Source of the DNA: a virus
Virus record (IMG/VR): IMGVR_UViG_3300024054_000015
Coordinates: 16,046 to 80,045 of that record
Length of the DNA: 64,000 nt
Reading direction: 5' to 3' (one strand)
Shown: piece after piece, positions 54,369-63,682 of the stretch
Numbering within the stretch: the stretch's first letter is position 1
Layout of the letters: each line of letters starts with the position of its first letter
Program-made: the position numbers and the translations under genes
The notes under the pieces: generated by a model
Seen by the model: the letters and a program-made list of their open reading frames with translations, nothing else
Told to the model about the DNA's origin: nothing
The model's database searches: none

Positions 54369-55082
54369 ATGGCCAGAATGACTTTGAACCAAGCAGAGAG
54401 GCGAGAGTTGATCTCGTCAATGGTCACCAACTGCGCTGGTTGGGACAAAGAGGACTTGGACATTCTTCACAACATGAGCGACGACAAGCTCTGGGTCCAT
54501 GCCCGAGGCTGTGCGCAGTTGATCGCCAATGAGGAAGAAGACGCCGGTGACCTTAGCGACGAAATCGAACCCTCGGCTGCGACAGAGTTGGAAAGCTCTG
54601 CCACAGAAGGGCTTGAGGATGAAGAGGTTGATGGCAATCAGGGTGAGCAAGGTCCACCCGCTGTGGAGCCTGACGCCGAGACCAAGGATCAACCCAAGAA
54701 GTGTTGGGATGAGGAAGGAAACGAGACCTCTTGCCCCGAAGAAACGGCTGATGGTGAAAACGTGACTGAAAACCAATACCTGAACTTTCTGCCGCCTCGT
54801 ATCCGCAGCGTGGTCGTCAACGCCATCAAGTTTGAGCAGGCCCAGAAAGCTCAGTTGGTTGGTTCCATCACGGCCAACAGTCGCAACCGCTTCAGTTCTC
54901 AGTACCTGATGCGCATGAGCTTGGACGAACTCCAGGCTCTGGCGGATCTGGCCTCGCCTCGTCGTTCGAATCAGCTTTATGTTGGAGCCGCTGGCGGTCC
55001 GGTTCTCAACCAGTCGGACGTTGACCGCGAAGACATTCTGACTGTTCCGACTCTCGAGTTCACCATGAGCTCGAAGGGTTGA
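54369..55082 (+). CDS. Putative capsid scaffold protein
   Basis: Acidic, helical; directly upstream of decoration and capsid genes; AAGGAG RBS. Confidence 0.6.
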   Translation: MARMTLNQAERRELISSMVTNCAGWDKEDLDILHNMSDDKLWVHARGCAQLIANEEEDAGDLSDEIEPSAATELESSATEGLEDEEVDGNQGEQGPPAVEPDAETKDQPKKCWDEEGNETSCPEETADGENVTENQYLNFLPPRIRSVVVNAIKFEQAQKAQLVGSITANSRNRFSSQYLMRMSLDELQALADLASPRRSNQLYVGAAGGPVLNQSDVDREDILTVPTLEFTMSSKG

Positions 55083-55113
55083 GTAACAATCGCCAAACAA
55101 AGGAGGTTCTACA

Positions 55114-55608
55114 ATGGGTGCTGTTGACAGTCACAACACGATTGTGTTGACTCCGGCTCCGGCTGGACGATTTCTGGAGGGTCTCCTGGACGTAACCACG
55201 TCCTTGAAGCCTGGACACTTGATGGCCATCAAGGCGGCTACCGAGCCGGTCGGTGGTCGTCACACCTGGACGAAGTATGAAGGCACTGCTGGTCATCGCA
55301 CACTGATTGCGATTCTGCTGGAAAACGAGATGGTGGGACTCACCTGCGAAGACGCCATCAGCGACGGTCAGCGTATTCGCCTGTACTGTCCGATTCCTGG
55401 AGATGAGTTGCTGGTTCGCGTTAGTGCCGCTGGTACGGGTACTGGCGATGCCTTGGCCATTGGAGATAAGGTGATTGCCTCTAACGATGGAACGTTTAAG
55501 GCCAACACTGGCTCTCCAGAGTCTGAGCCGTTCATTGTCATGGAGACAGTGGCAGACGTGACTGCGTCTCCTGGTGATCTGGTTCACGTGATGTTCACAG
55601 GATTCTAA
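55114..55608 (+). CDS. Head decoration/cement protein
   Basis: LKPGHL..; IGDKVIASNDGT; position before MCP. Confidence 0.65.
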   Translation: MGAVDSHNTIVLTPAPAGRFLEGLLDVTTSLKPGHLMAIKAATEPVGGRHTWTKYEGTAGHRTLIAILLENEMVGLTCEDAISDGQRIRLYCPIPGDELLVRVSAAGTGTGDALAIGDKVIASNDGTFKANTGSPESEPFIVMETVADVTASPGDLVHVMFTGF

Positions 55609-55653
55609 CTGATCAGCTCCTCATGCTGACGTCTCTTTTTAAGGAGGTTTGAA

Positions 55654-56907
55654 ATGTTTGTTGATTCCTTTGTTCAGAATGAGGGCTGGTCCGGTGATTC
55701 GCTGGGCAGCGCCCTCGAACTCGTAAGGGACCGTGGGACCATTTGGGATCCAGGTCTCATGCGACCGTACCTGGACAGTAAGGGCCGAGCCTGTGTGACA
55801 GTGAACACAGGTCGCAAGGCCCCTCGCAGGGACGAGCGCGGTGGTGGATTCATTACCAACGAGCATGGGATGCCCAAGATGTTTCCCATTCTCGAGAAGC
55901 AACTGATCTCCGAGCGTGCCGCTCGAGGACTGGCAGTTCCAACGGTCAACGCAGGCAACCTGCTCACGAAGGAAGCCTGGGTGATGTTGGACAACGCGGT
56001 CCTGGAAGCTGCACGGAATCGCCTGCGTGCTTGGGCAGATCTTCGCGCTGCCAACACGTATGGTGGTTTCGACGGGATGGCCAATCCCATCCTGGAGTTC
56101 GAACGAGTGACGGACGTGGGTGAGGCCGTAGAAGACATGGACGGCATGACCGAGGCCCGCTCGTTTGCTCCGAAGTTTGACTTGCAAGGAATGCCCTTGC
56201 CGATCACGCACAGTGACTTCTTCCTGTCGGCTCGCTTCTTGGCCGTCAGCAAGAACAAGTCACAGCCCATGGACACCATGCGTGCGGAGATGGCTGGACG
56301 CCGTATTGGTGAGCGTATTGAGCAAGTCACTATCGGTTCAGCAACAGGGATGCTCTATGGTGAGGCCGCTGGCAGTCGCTACACTTATGCGAACGACAGT
56401 CAGGTCTACGGCTATATGACCCATCCGGATCGGTTGACGTCCAGTGGACTCACTACTCCTACTGGATCCAACGGTACGACCATTTTGGGTGATTGGCTGT
56501 CTATTCGTGAAACGATGTACACGAACAAGTTCTTTGGCCCGTACATCGTGTACACGTCCACGGATTGGGATCAGTATCTGGACAACCTGTTCAGCACGAC
56601 TGAGCCGAGTGCGGGCACGTTGCGCAAGCGATTGCTGGAGATCTCTGATATCCAAGACATTCGTCGCTTGGATTATCTCACGAGTGCCAGCTATCCCTTC
56701 ACAACGATCTGGGTCCAAATGACTCCAGAAACAGCACGGGCTGTCAACGGTATGGAGATCACCACTGTTCAGTGGCCCTCCATGGGTGGCATGCGCTTGA
56801 ACTTCAAGGTCATGTGCATCCAGGTGCCGCAGATTCGCTCTCGCTTCACTGGTCCCAACACGACCACGGCGAAAGCTGGTGTCTGCATTGGTACTCACAC
56901 TTCGTAG
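55654..56907 (+). CDS. Major capsid protein (HK97 fold, linocin/encapsulin-like subgroup)
   Basis: VN-AGNLLTKEAWVMLDNAV, PLPITHSDF, FKVMCIQVPQIR; strong AAGGAGG RBS; downstream terminator. Confidence 0.85.
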   Translation: MFVDSFVQNEGWSGDSLGSALELVRDRGTIWDPGLMRPYLDSKGRACVTVNTGRKAPRRDERGGGFITNEHGMPKMFPILEKQLISERAARGLAVPTVNAGNLLTKEAWVMLDNAVLEAARNRLRAWADLRAANTYGGFDGMANPILEFERVTDVGEAVEDMDGMTEARSFAPKFDLQGMPLPITHSDFFLSARFLAVSKNKSQPMDTMRAEMAGRRIGERIEQVTIGSATGMLYGEAAGSRYTYANDSQVYGYMTHPDRLTSSGLTTPTGSNGTTILGDWLSIRETMYTNKFFGPYIVYTSTDWDQYLDNLFSTTEPSAGTLRKRLLEISDIQDIRRLDYLTSASYPFTTIWVQMTPETARAVNGMEITTVQWPSMGGMRLNFKVMCIQVPQIRSRFTGPNTTTAKAGVCIGTHTS

Positions 56908-56916
56908 TCCCCTTCC

Positions 56917-56962
56917 AAGCGCGCTGAGGGTTGAGAGAATGGGCTCAGCCCTCAGCGCTTTT
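56917..56962 (+). terminator. Intrinsic terminator after MCP
   Basis: GCGCTGAGGG.TGAG ... CTCAGCCCTCAGCGC-TTTT. Confidence 0.7.
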
Positions 56963-56979
56963 ACTTCCTAGGAGCAGCC

Positions 56980-57363
56980 ATGTCCACAGTACAGCAAGAA
57001 TACCGCTATGCTTTCAAGCTCAAGAGCGGATCTCATTACGACTTTAAGCGAAAGCTCAGTATTGAGGCTGGAGAGATCTACCACACCGATACGGACATGA
57101 TCAAGCTTCACGGCAAAAACCGTTGGGAGCTTGTTGGTGAAGGTGAAGAGTCGATCGACAGTCTCCGAAACAAGATCAAACAGCTTGAAAGCCGTCTACC
57201 CCAAGCTCAGCCCGTAGCCAAAGACCAGGACGACCTGGACGCAAAGTCCATCAAGGACTTGCGAACAATGGCTGCTGAGATGTCTCCGCCAGTTGACCTA
57301 ACGACCTGTACTGGCAAGGCCGAGATCATCAACGCCATTCGCCAAGCTATGGACGCCGCCTGA
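56980..57363 (+). CDS. Protein with C-terminal Rho-N/HeH-like motif
   Basis: LDAKSIKDLRTMA...KAEIINAI. Confidence 0.6.
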   Translation: MSTVQQEYRYAFKLKSGSHYDFKRKLSIEAGEIYHTDTDMIKLHGKNRWELVGEGEESIDSLRNKIKQLESRLPQAQPVAKDQDDLDAKSIKDLRTMAAEMSPPVDLTTCTGKAEIINAIRQAMDAA

Positions 57364-57376
57364 CAGGAGCTAGTCA

Positions 57377-57814
57377 ATGCCTAGAGCCACTAAAGATGCG
57401 GTTATTGAAGTGGTAGAGTGGCAGGACGGAACTATCTCCGAAGAGTCCGCCATTTCTTTAACTCCATTTCTTAGGCAGGCTAACATCCTAGTTGACTGGT
57501 TGCACAGTAAGGACACAGACAACGAACTCAACGATGCAGCCCTGACAGCTATCGAAGTTCAGTTGGCTGCACACTTCTACTCTGTGCAGCGTGATCCGCA
57601 GCTTCAGTCTAAGAGTACAGATGGAGCCTCTGGTTCGTATCAAGGGGCTACAGGCTTCAGTCTACAAGCCACTCACTACGGACAGACTGCAATGCTGTTG
57701 GATGTAACTGGTAACTTGACCAAGAGAAACATCGAGGCTCAGCAAGGTAAGAGAGTCTCCGTGACAACTTGGTTGGGATGGCAAGACCATTCAGAGGATC
57801 CGTACGATGCCTGA
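57377..57814 (+). CDS. Head-tail adaptor-like protein
   Basis: LAAHF..GASGSY..THYGQTAMLLD. Confidence 0.7.
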   Translation: MPRATKDAVIEVVEWQDGTISEESAISLTPFLRQANILVDWLHSKDTDNELNDAALTAIEVQLAAHFYSVQRDPQLQSKSTDGASGSYQGATGFSLQATHYGQTAMLLDVTGNLTKRNIEAQQGKRVSVTTWLGWQDHSEDPYDA

Positions 57815-58172
57815 CGTACATCTACTAGTTCTAACGAATTGGTGTACTGTCTGGCAGCGGCAAGACACGAAGACTCGGTATGGTCAAGCTAGGGTTTCTT
57901 CTCCAGAGAATATGAAGTGTCGGTGGACGGTAAGAGATGCCGACAGTGTGGGACAGGATTCTACTACTGAGTTCTACCCTAGATCAGTCATGGTTGCAAA
58001 ACAGGTTGCTCTAGGGAGTTACGTGGCGAGGGGAAAGATTGCAGATCTTCCAACGTCACCTCAGTATTTTGAAGTGGTAGGAATTGACGAAATCTCCGAT
58101 GTGAAGGGTAGACATACGTCTTATCGGCTAACTCTTCAGAAGGCTTCCAAGACCCTTCCGGAAGTCATCTAA
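57807..58172 (+). CDS. Head closure-like protein
   Basis: CTVW..RYGQ..KCRW; position. Confidence 0.6.
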   Translation: MPDVHLLVLTNWCTVWQRQDTKTRYGQARVSSPENMKCRWTVRDADSVGQDSTTEFYPRSVMVAKQVALGSYVARGKIADLPTSPQYFEVVGIDEISDVKGRHTSYRLTLQKASKTLPEVI

Positions 58173-58187
58173 CGAAAGGAGCATTCA

Positions 58188-58472
58188 ATGAACGCTGAAG
58201 CTTTCTATGACCTGATCAACGAAGCCATGCCGGAGGCTTCTGGCGAAGAGGAAATGGTCGGGGCCGAAGGGGGTATGATTACGAGCTTGCTGACATCCGT
58301 TCTGTTCAAGAAGGTCAGCGACCTGATCTTGGAGTACGGTTGTGAGAATGCCGACTCCATCATGGAAGCCGTCAACCGCATTATCGACGAGCGTGTCAAG
58401 AATCCTATCTTCAAGATGGCTCTCAAGTCTGGTTCGGAAGCTCTGCGTGGAGCCCTTTGCAATCAAGCGTAG
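58188..58472 (+). CDS. Hypothetical protein
   Basis: AAGGAG RBS. Confidence 0.55.
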   Translation: MNAEAFYDLINEAMPEASGEEEMVGAEGGMITSLLTSVLFKKVSDLILEYGCENADSIMEAVNRIIDERVKNPIFKMALKSGSEALRGALCNQA

Positions 58473-58522
58473 CCGAGCCCGCTGGTCGGACGTGAGGGGT
58501 GGGCACGGAGGCCCATTTTGAA

Positions 58523-58921
58523 ATGAAGTGGTTCATCGTTCTAGTTCTGCTGTGTGGATGCAACTACCAGTTCCCTGAGTGTCCAGCGGAACCTGAAGCC
58601 TACCAAGGAGAGGTTCAGGAATGTGCCAAGCTGGCTCGTAAGTATAGAGCCAAGACTGAGGTACGCTTAGAGGATGGTACTCGCTGTGATCTGGTCAACG
58701 ACACGTATGCCATCGAATGCGAGTACCCGGACAAGTGGGCTGAGGCCATCGGCCAGTCGCTGTACTACGGCATTCAGTTGAACAAGAAACCTGCCATACT
58801 CTTTCTCATCAAGGACGTACCCAGAGAAGCGAAGTTTGTTCGCAGGTGCAAGGTCGTTGCCAAGCAACACGAAATCGAAGTATTTGAAGAGTACATTGGT
58901 CCTATAGGAGCAAAGTCATGA
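58523..58921 (+). CDS. Lipoprotein-signal protein with PD-(D/E)xK-like fold
   Basis: MKWFIVLVLLCGC; EVRLEDGTRCDL..AIECE..KWAEAIGQSLYY. Confidence 0.55.
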   Translation: MKWFIVLVLLCGCNYQFPECPAEPEAYQGEVQECAKLARKYRAKTEVRLEDGTRCDLVNDTYAIECEYPDKWAEAIGQSLYYGIQLNKKPAILFLIKDVPREAKFVRRCKVVAKQHEIEVFEEYIGPIGAKS

Positions 58922-59643
58922 ATCTGTTAGCCTTAGCTCTCTGCTGCCTAATGGGAGCAGACGCCGGAATCGGTGTAGTAGGTCCGAACAAGGCAGAGGT
59001 CAACAATGCCGTAAGACTATCTCTTCAGGGATTACCTCCGGTAGACTTGACCAAGGCGATGAACGAGCAACTGTCTTGGGTCAGCGATGTAGCCATCTTT
59101 GTTGATACACCAACCTCCGTAGACCCAGGTCAGTACACCCTTAGCAAGAAGCTCTCTATTGACGTCTCACCATTTCGCTGGGCATTTGAGTTGGACTTTG
59201 TTGCCAACAAGCCTGGGGATTATGTACTGATTATCGACTGGAACAAAGCTCCTTTTGAGCTCTGCCATCACCGTATCACCATAGGTGGAGGCACGGCTCC
59301 GGCGGACCCTACGAAACCAGTCGACCCTACGAAACCCCAGCCCCCCAACCAGAAGATAACCCGCGTGACGTGGGTGTGGGAGAAGGACGAAGGCCCAATC
59401 CCACGGTACGTCGCTACAGCCCTCCAAAAGCTCAGCGACCCCGCTGGGGGTTATTCCGTCGTCGCAACTGACTTCGAAGACGATACTACGGACGGTGATG
59501 GACAGGTGCCGGAGCAGTATAAGCTCGCCCTGGAAACCTCCAAGACGACAGGTGTGCCAGTGCTGGTCCTCCAGTCCGATGGCATAGTAGTCAAGACCTT
59601 GAAGCCCAAAACTGAAGCTGAAATTCTGGAGGCTGTGCGATGA
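58918..59643 (+). CDS. Exported protein with Pro-rich linker
   Basis: Signal peptide; DPTKP repeats. Confidence 0.55.
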   Translation: MNLLALALCCLMGADAGIGVVGPNKAEVNNAVRLSLQGLPPVDLTKAMNEQLSWVSDVAIFVDTPTSVDPGQYTLSKKLSIDVSPFRWAFELDFVANKPGDYVLIIDWNKAPFELCHHRITIGGGTAPADPTKPVDPTKPQPPNQKITRVTWVWEKDEGPIPRYVATALQKLSDPAGGYSVVATDFEDDTTDGDGQVPEQYKLALETSKTTGVPVLVLQSDGIVVKTLKPKTEAEILEAVR

Positions 59644-60551
59644 CTGGCAAAATCAACCCTGCCCTGATCGACGTGACCATCCCGGACATCACAGGCTACC
59701 CGGAGGAGTTCGAGCTTGAGGACACCCGCGACGTGTTGATGTGTGCCGTGCGGGATCTGGCGGGTTTAGACCCCCGTATCAAGGCCACCGACTTTCCCAA
59801 GGAGATGTGGATCGAGCGCAAGGATTGGTTGGAAGTGCAGAAGCTGGGCGAAAAGAATCGCACGCGGGCCATCGACTTCCTGGACCGCTTCACCAATCAA
59901 TCGCCTACGCATGAGTGTACCTGTCACGCTGCTACCTCGGCTCAGGCCGCGATTCGCAATCGTTCCCGTCGTATCGCCCTCGGTCCACCTGTTGCTCATC
60001 AACAGTTGCCGATCTCGGCTCAATCTGCGAGTGTGTGGCTATCACCACTCTCGGTCTATGCTGAGGCCAATCCCCGCAAGTGGGGTGGAGCCAATGTGCG
60101 ACAAGTGTTGGAGATCATGCTCAAGCGTGGTATCCTGCCAGACAAGAAGCAGCCCCGGGATTGGGGATTCAAGCACACGCTGACTGGGACCAACGGCAAG
60201 GGTAATGAATGCCAGTCCAGCGGTGATTGGGTGCGGCTTTCCAAGTTCCCTGAAGGCTGGCGGGAAACATCCAAGCACTTCCGGCCCCTGGAAGTCATCT
60301 TCCCAGAGAACTTCGAACAGCTAGTCTGCTTGCTGCTGGGCGGTCCCGAAGCAATGGGCCTGCCCGTCGTCGTGGGCGGTCGCGGGCACTCCATCCCTTA
60401 CATGTTCGTAGACGTCGAGGAGCAGGTCATCGGCTATCCTGATTCCTATGACGTGATCCGCTACGATTCCTTCCGCAACTACCGTTCAGGAGGCATGTAT
60501 GCTCCGGTCAGTTGCACCCTTCCTGATGACTGGAACAAACCCGCAGGTTGA
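59640..60551 (+). CDS. Papain-like (C1-type) cysteine peptidase
   Basis: NQSPTHECTCHA (Q...C), LSPLSVY, GGANVRQVLE, GHSI. Confidence 0.65.
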   Translation: MTGKINPALIDVTIPDITGYPEEFELEDTRDVLMCAVRDLAGLDPRIKATDFPKEMWIERKDWLEVQKLGEKNRTRAIDFLDRFTNQSPTHECTCHAATSAQAAIRNRSRRIALGPPVAHQQLPISAQSASVWLSPLSVYAEANPRKWGGANVRQVLEIMLKRGILPDKKQPRDWGFKHTLTGTNGKGNECQSSGDWVRLSKFPEGWRETSKHFRPLEVIFPENFEQLVCLLLGGPEAMGLPVVVGGRGHSIPYMFVDVEEQVIGYPDSYDVIRYDSFRNYRSGGMYAPVSCTLPDDWNKPAG

Positions 60552-60574
60552 TATACAGGTTGAAAGGATAACTC

Positions 60575-61162
60575 ATGAATCCACGACGAGCCGACGCCTC
60601 TCGTCCCGACGCCGACCCGCCCAAGATTGAAGGGAACCTAGTCGTGCTTAAAAGTACGGTTGATTGGGTGTTGCAAAAGGTTGACAAGCACGGAGTTGCT
60701 GTTGTGGGTCTGGTGGTCATCACTTCGATTCTCTGGTTTGGCTTTGTAGTTCCGCAGAACGCGGATCGCACGGCGGTGCGCACCGAACGTGAAACGCTGA
60801 TGAAGTCGATGGTTGCTACCAATGAGAATCTGAATAAGAACAATGATCGGATAGCTGAAGTCTTGGCTGAACTCAAATCGGCTTTTGATCGCTACAGTCA
60901 AGACACGCGGGATTCTGTGGATGCTGGTTTTGAGGTAGTGCAGAGTAACGCCAATATCCTAGCGGGGGTACAACGTACTCATGAGCTTCAGACGCAGCAG
61001 CTAAATGAGCTGAAGGATCTCAGCAAAAACACCAATACATTGATGGAGAACGCCGCGACTATGATGGCTCCGGCTAATTCTGATCGCAGAGAAATGATTA
61101 CCCTCCTTAAAGAACTGGCTGAGGAGAGTAAGCGTAAGGCAGAGCCCCCAGCTAACCCGTGA
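60575..61162 (+). CDS. Single-TM coiled-coil membrane protein (holin/spanin-like candidate)
   Basis: HGVAVVGLVVITSILWFGFVV TM then heptad-rich region. Confidence 0.55.
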   Translation: MNPRRADASRPDADPPKIEGNLVVLKSTVDWVLQKVDKHGVAVVGLVVITSILWFGFVVPQNADRTAVRTERETLMKSMVATNENLNKNNDRIAEVLAELKSAFDRYSQDTRDSVDAGFEVVQSNANILAGVQRTHELQTQQLNELKDLSKNTNTLMENAATMMAPANSDRREMITLLKELAEESKRKAEPPANP

Positions 61163-61171
61163 GGCACTAGC

Positions 61172-63682
61172 ATGAATTCCGGCGCACCATACGCAGCAGT
61201 CGTGGGCGCACCGTTCATGGGGACCACCCACGGCGGTCATGTCCACCGTAATGCCACGACGGGACTGCAAGAACTGAAGAAGTCGAATCTCATCGCCACG
61301 ACCGATCCCACGGTGGGCGATGACACTGACGACGGCTACGCAGTCGGCTCACAATGGATCAACGTCAGTTCGGGCTCGGTCTTCACCTGCACGAACGCTG
61401 CGGCGGGTGCTGCCAACTGGACGCTCTTGGGTGGTGGGTCTGGCGTAGGCATCCCGGCGGGCTCTGGTACGGAAGTCCAATACCGCGTCAACGCCACCAC
61501 GTTCGGTGCCGTGACTGGTTCCTCGTGGGACGGCACGACGCTGACGCTGCCGAAGACGAACTTCTCGGGCGTTGTTGGTGCGGCGGCCGGTTCTGCCGCT
61601 GCTCCCTCGCTCTCCTTCTCAGGAGATACCGACACCGGCTTCTTCCTGAGCGCCGCCAATAAAATCGGTGTGGCGTCGGCGGGTGGCGAGATGTTCACGA
61701 TCAGTACCACATCAGGTATCACACCCACCATAGGATCACTATATGGATTCGGTAGCGGTAGTCTCTCCTGGCTGACGGGCTTGTTTGATCGAATCAACGC
61801 GGCAACTGCTGGGAATAACAAAACCGTTTTCAATATGAGTTCCGCCGGCACGTACTACGGGGCTATCATGGTAGACCCGGCTGGTGTGGCTGCTGGAGCA
61901 TGGTCGCTAGGTTATTCGGCAGCAACGACAAACGCCTACGGCACTCCGGTCCTCACTTGGACGGGAGACGGTCGTGTCGGCATCGGCACCGCGACACCAA
62001 TAGCTCTTGCACATATCAATAGCTCTACAGTCTCCTCACGGATTAAGCTGACCAATTCCACGACTGGCGTCACGGCTACAGACGGCTTCGATCTTCAGAT
62101 GGAATCGTCGGCAGCTTACGTGTGGAACTATGAAAACGGACCGCTGTATGTAGGGGTGAACAACGCCACCGCCATCACAGTGACCGCTGCTGGCAGAGTG
62201 GGGATTGGAATTACTGGACCCGGAGCAGCATTGGAGGTCGCCAGTGACAATATAACGCTCTCCAATATGAATCTCACTGATACTCGCTCTATGGCAATCA
62301 CTTGCGGCGGGCAAGTGTATTTCTGGGGCAAGTACACCAGCGGCGGAGCGTATGCTGCATTCGGACAAGTCAGTGGTTCCAAAGAGAGTGGTACGAGCGG
62401 ACAGACGCAAGGCAGTCTCGTCTTCCAGGTCAATACGGGTGGTGGTGCGACTGCCGTGTTCGAGAAGATGCGGTTGACGAGTGCCGGGTATCTGGGTATC
62501 GGCAAGACCGCACCCGCTGCAGCGTTGGACGTGATGCTGAGCGCCCAGATCAGCGTACCCGGACTAGCGTTCAACGAGATTTCCAGCCTTGTGTTTCAGG
62601 CAACTCGTCCTGCCTCTACAGCGGCCTTGAACGCCGGCAAGATTTACGGCAAGTATTTCGGCGGGGGACTCGATACGTCGGCTTTGATCTTCCAGGTCAT
62701 CGACGCGGGTGGTTCCGGTGTCGATGCCATGTGCATCACGAACGGCGGCAACGTCGGCATCGGTATTGCGTCGGGCCTTGGGAACCTTCTGCACGTGCGC
62801 GGAACCGCCAACCAAACTGGTCTGCGGGTTGATTCGGGAGCCTCATACACCTGCTCCGTGGTTGAACTCTACAACGCAAACACCGGAGCCACGGCAGCTA
62901 GAAACTGGCGGTTAGCGAGTAACTATACAGCTAACGGGATGTTTGAGATTCAACGCTCATTGGCCGCGGATGCTGCCGCAACAACTACTGCCTTAGCCTT
63001 TGATTCCAACGGCAACGTCGGTATCGGCACAACAAGTCCATCCACCAAGCTGCACGTCATCCAGACCGCCGAGCAACTGCGCCTGGGATACGATGCCACT
63101 AAGTACACGACATTCACCGTTGATGTTGGTGGTGATTTGAACGTCACGCCGAGTGGCAACTTTATGGTACTCAACGGAAAACTGGTCGTCACTGCTACGG
63201 GATCTAACGTAGCTTATATCAGCTACCAACAGCCGGTCGATGGTCAAGGTGGTTACATCCTCCTTCGCGGCGGAGTAGCCGGCACTACCGTAAGAGGCTA
63301 CGTCGGCTTCACGCACAATGGTGTGGGTGCCTCCACATTATTCACCGGGGAAACCGCAGACTATGTGGCACTGCGTGGTGAAAACGGCGTGCATCTGGGG
63401 GTTAGCACGAACCTCTACGCCACACTGGCATCTTCGGCCATCACCGTTGCCGAGGGTATCAATCTGGCTGCGGGCACTACGACCGGCACCAAGATTGGCA
63501 CGGCTACGAATCAGAAACTCGGTTTCTGGAACGCGACTCCTGTCATCCAGCAAACCACGGGAGCTTCTGCGGCGACGTTTGTGCAGAATAGCGGCAATGC
63601 CGTCAACGATGCGAGTACGTTCGACGGTTACACGATTGCTCAAATGGCGAAGATCATTCGAACTTTAGGATTGGCGGCATAA
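61172..63682 (+). CDS. Tail fibre/spike-like protein
   Basis: Repeated GxVGIGT...LHV units, Gly/Ala/Thr-rich. Confidence 0.75.
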   Translation: MNSGAPYAAVVGAPFMGTTHGGHVHRNATTGLQELKKSNLIATTDPTVGDDTDDGYAVGSQWINVSSGSVFTCTNAAAGAANWTLLGGGSGVGIPAGSGTEVQYRVNATTFGAVTGSSWDGTTLTLPKTNFSGVVGAAAGSAAAPSLSFSGDTDTGFFLSAANKIGVASAGGEMFTISTTSGITPTIGSLYGFGSGSLSWLTGLFDRINAATAGNNKTVFNMSSAGTYYGAIMVDPAGVAAGAWSLGYSAATTNAYGTPVLTWTGDGRVGIGTATPIALAHINSSTVSSRIKLTNSTTGVTATDGFDLQMESSAAYVWNYENGPLYVGVNNATAITVTAAGRVGIGITGPGAALEVASDNITLSNMNLTDTRSMAITCGGQVYFWGKYTSGGAYAAFGQVSGSKESGTSGQTQGSLVFQVNTGGGATAVFEKMRLTSAGYLGIGKTAPAAALDVMLSAQISVPGLAFNEISSLVFQATRPASTAALNAGKIYGKYFGGGLDTSALIFQVIDAGGSGVDAMCITNGGNVGIGIASGLGNLLHVRGTANQTGLRVDSGASYTCSVVELYNANTGATAARNWRLASNYTANGMFEIQRSLAADAAATTTALAFDSNGNVGIGTTSPSTKLHVIQTAEQLRLGYDATKYTTFTVDVGGDLNVTPSGNFMVLNGKLVVTATGSNVAYISYQQPVDGQGGYILLRGGVAGTTVRGYVGFTHNGVGASTLFTGETADYVALRGENGVHLGVSTNLYATLASSAITVAEGINLAAGTTTGTKIGTATNQKLGFWNATPVIQQTTGASAATFVQNSGNAVNDASTFDGYTIAQMAKIIRTLGLAA

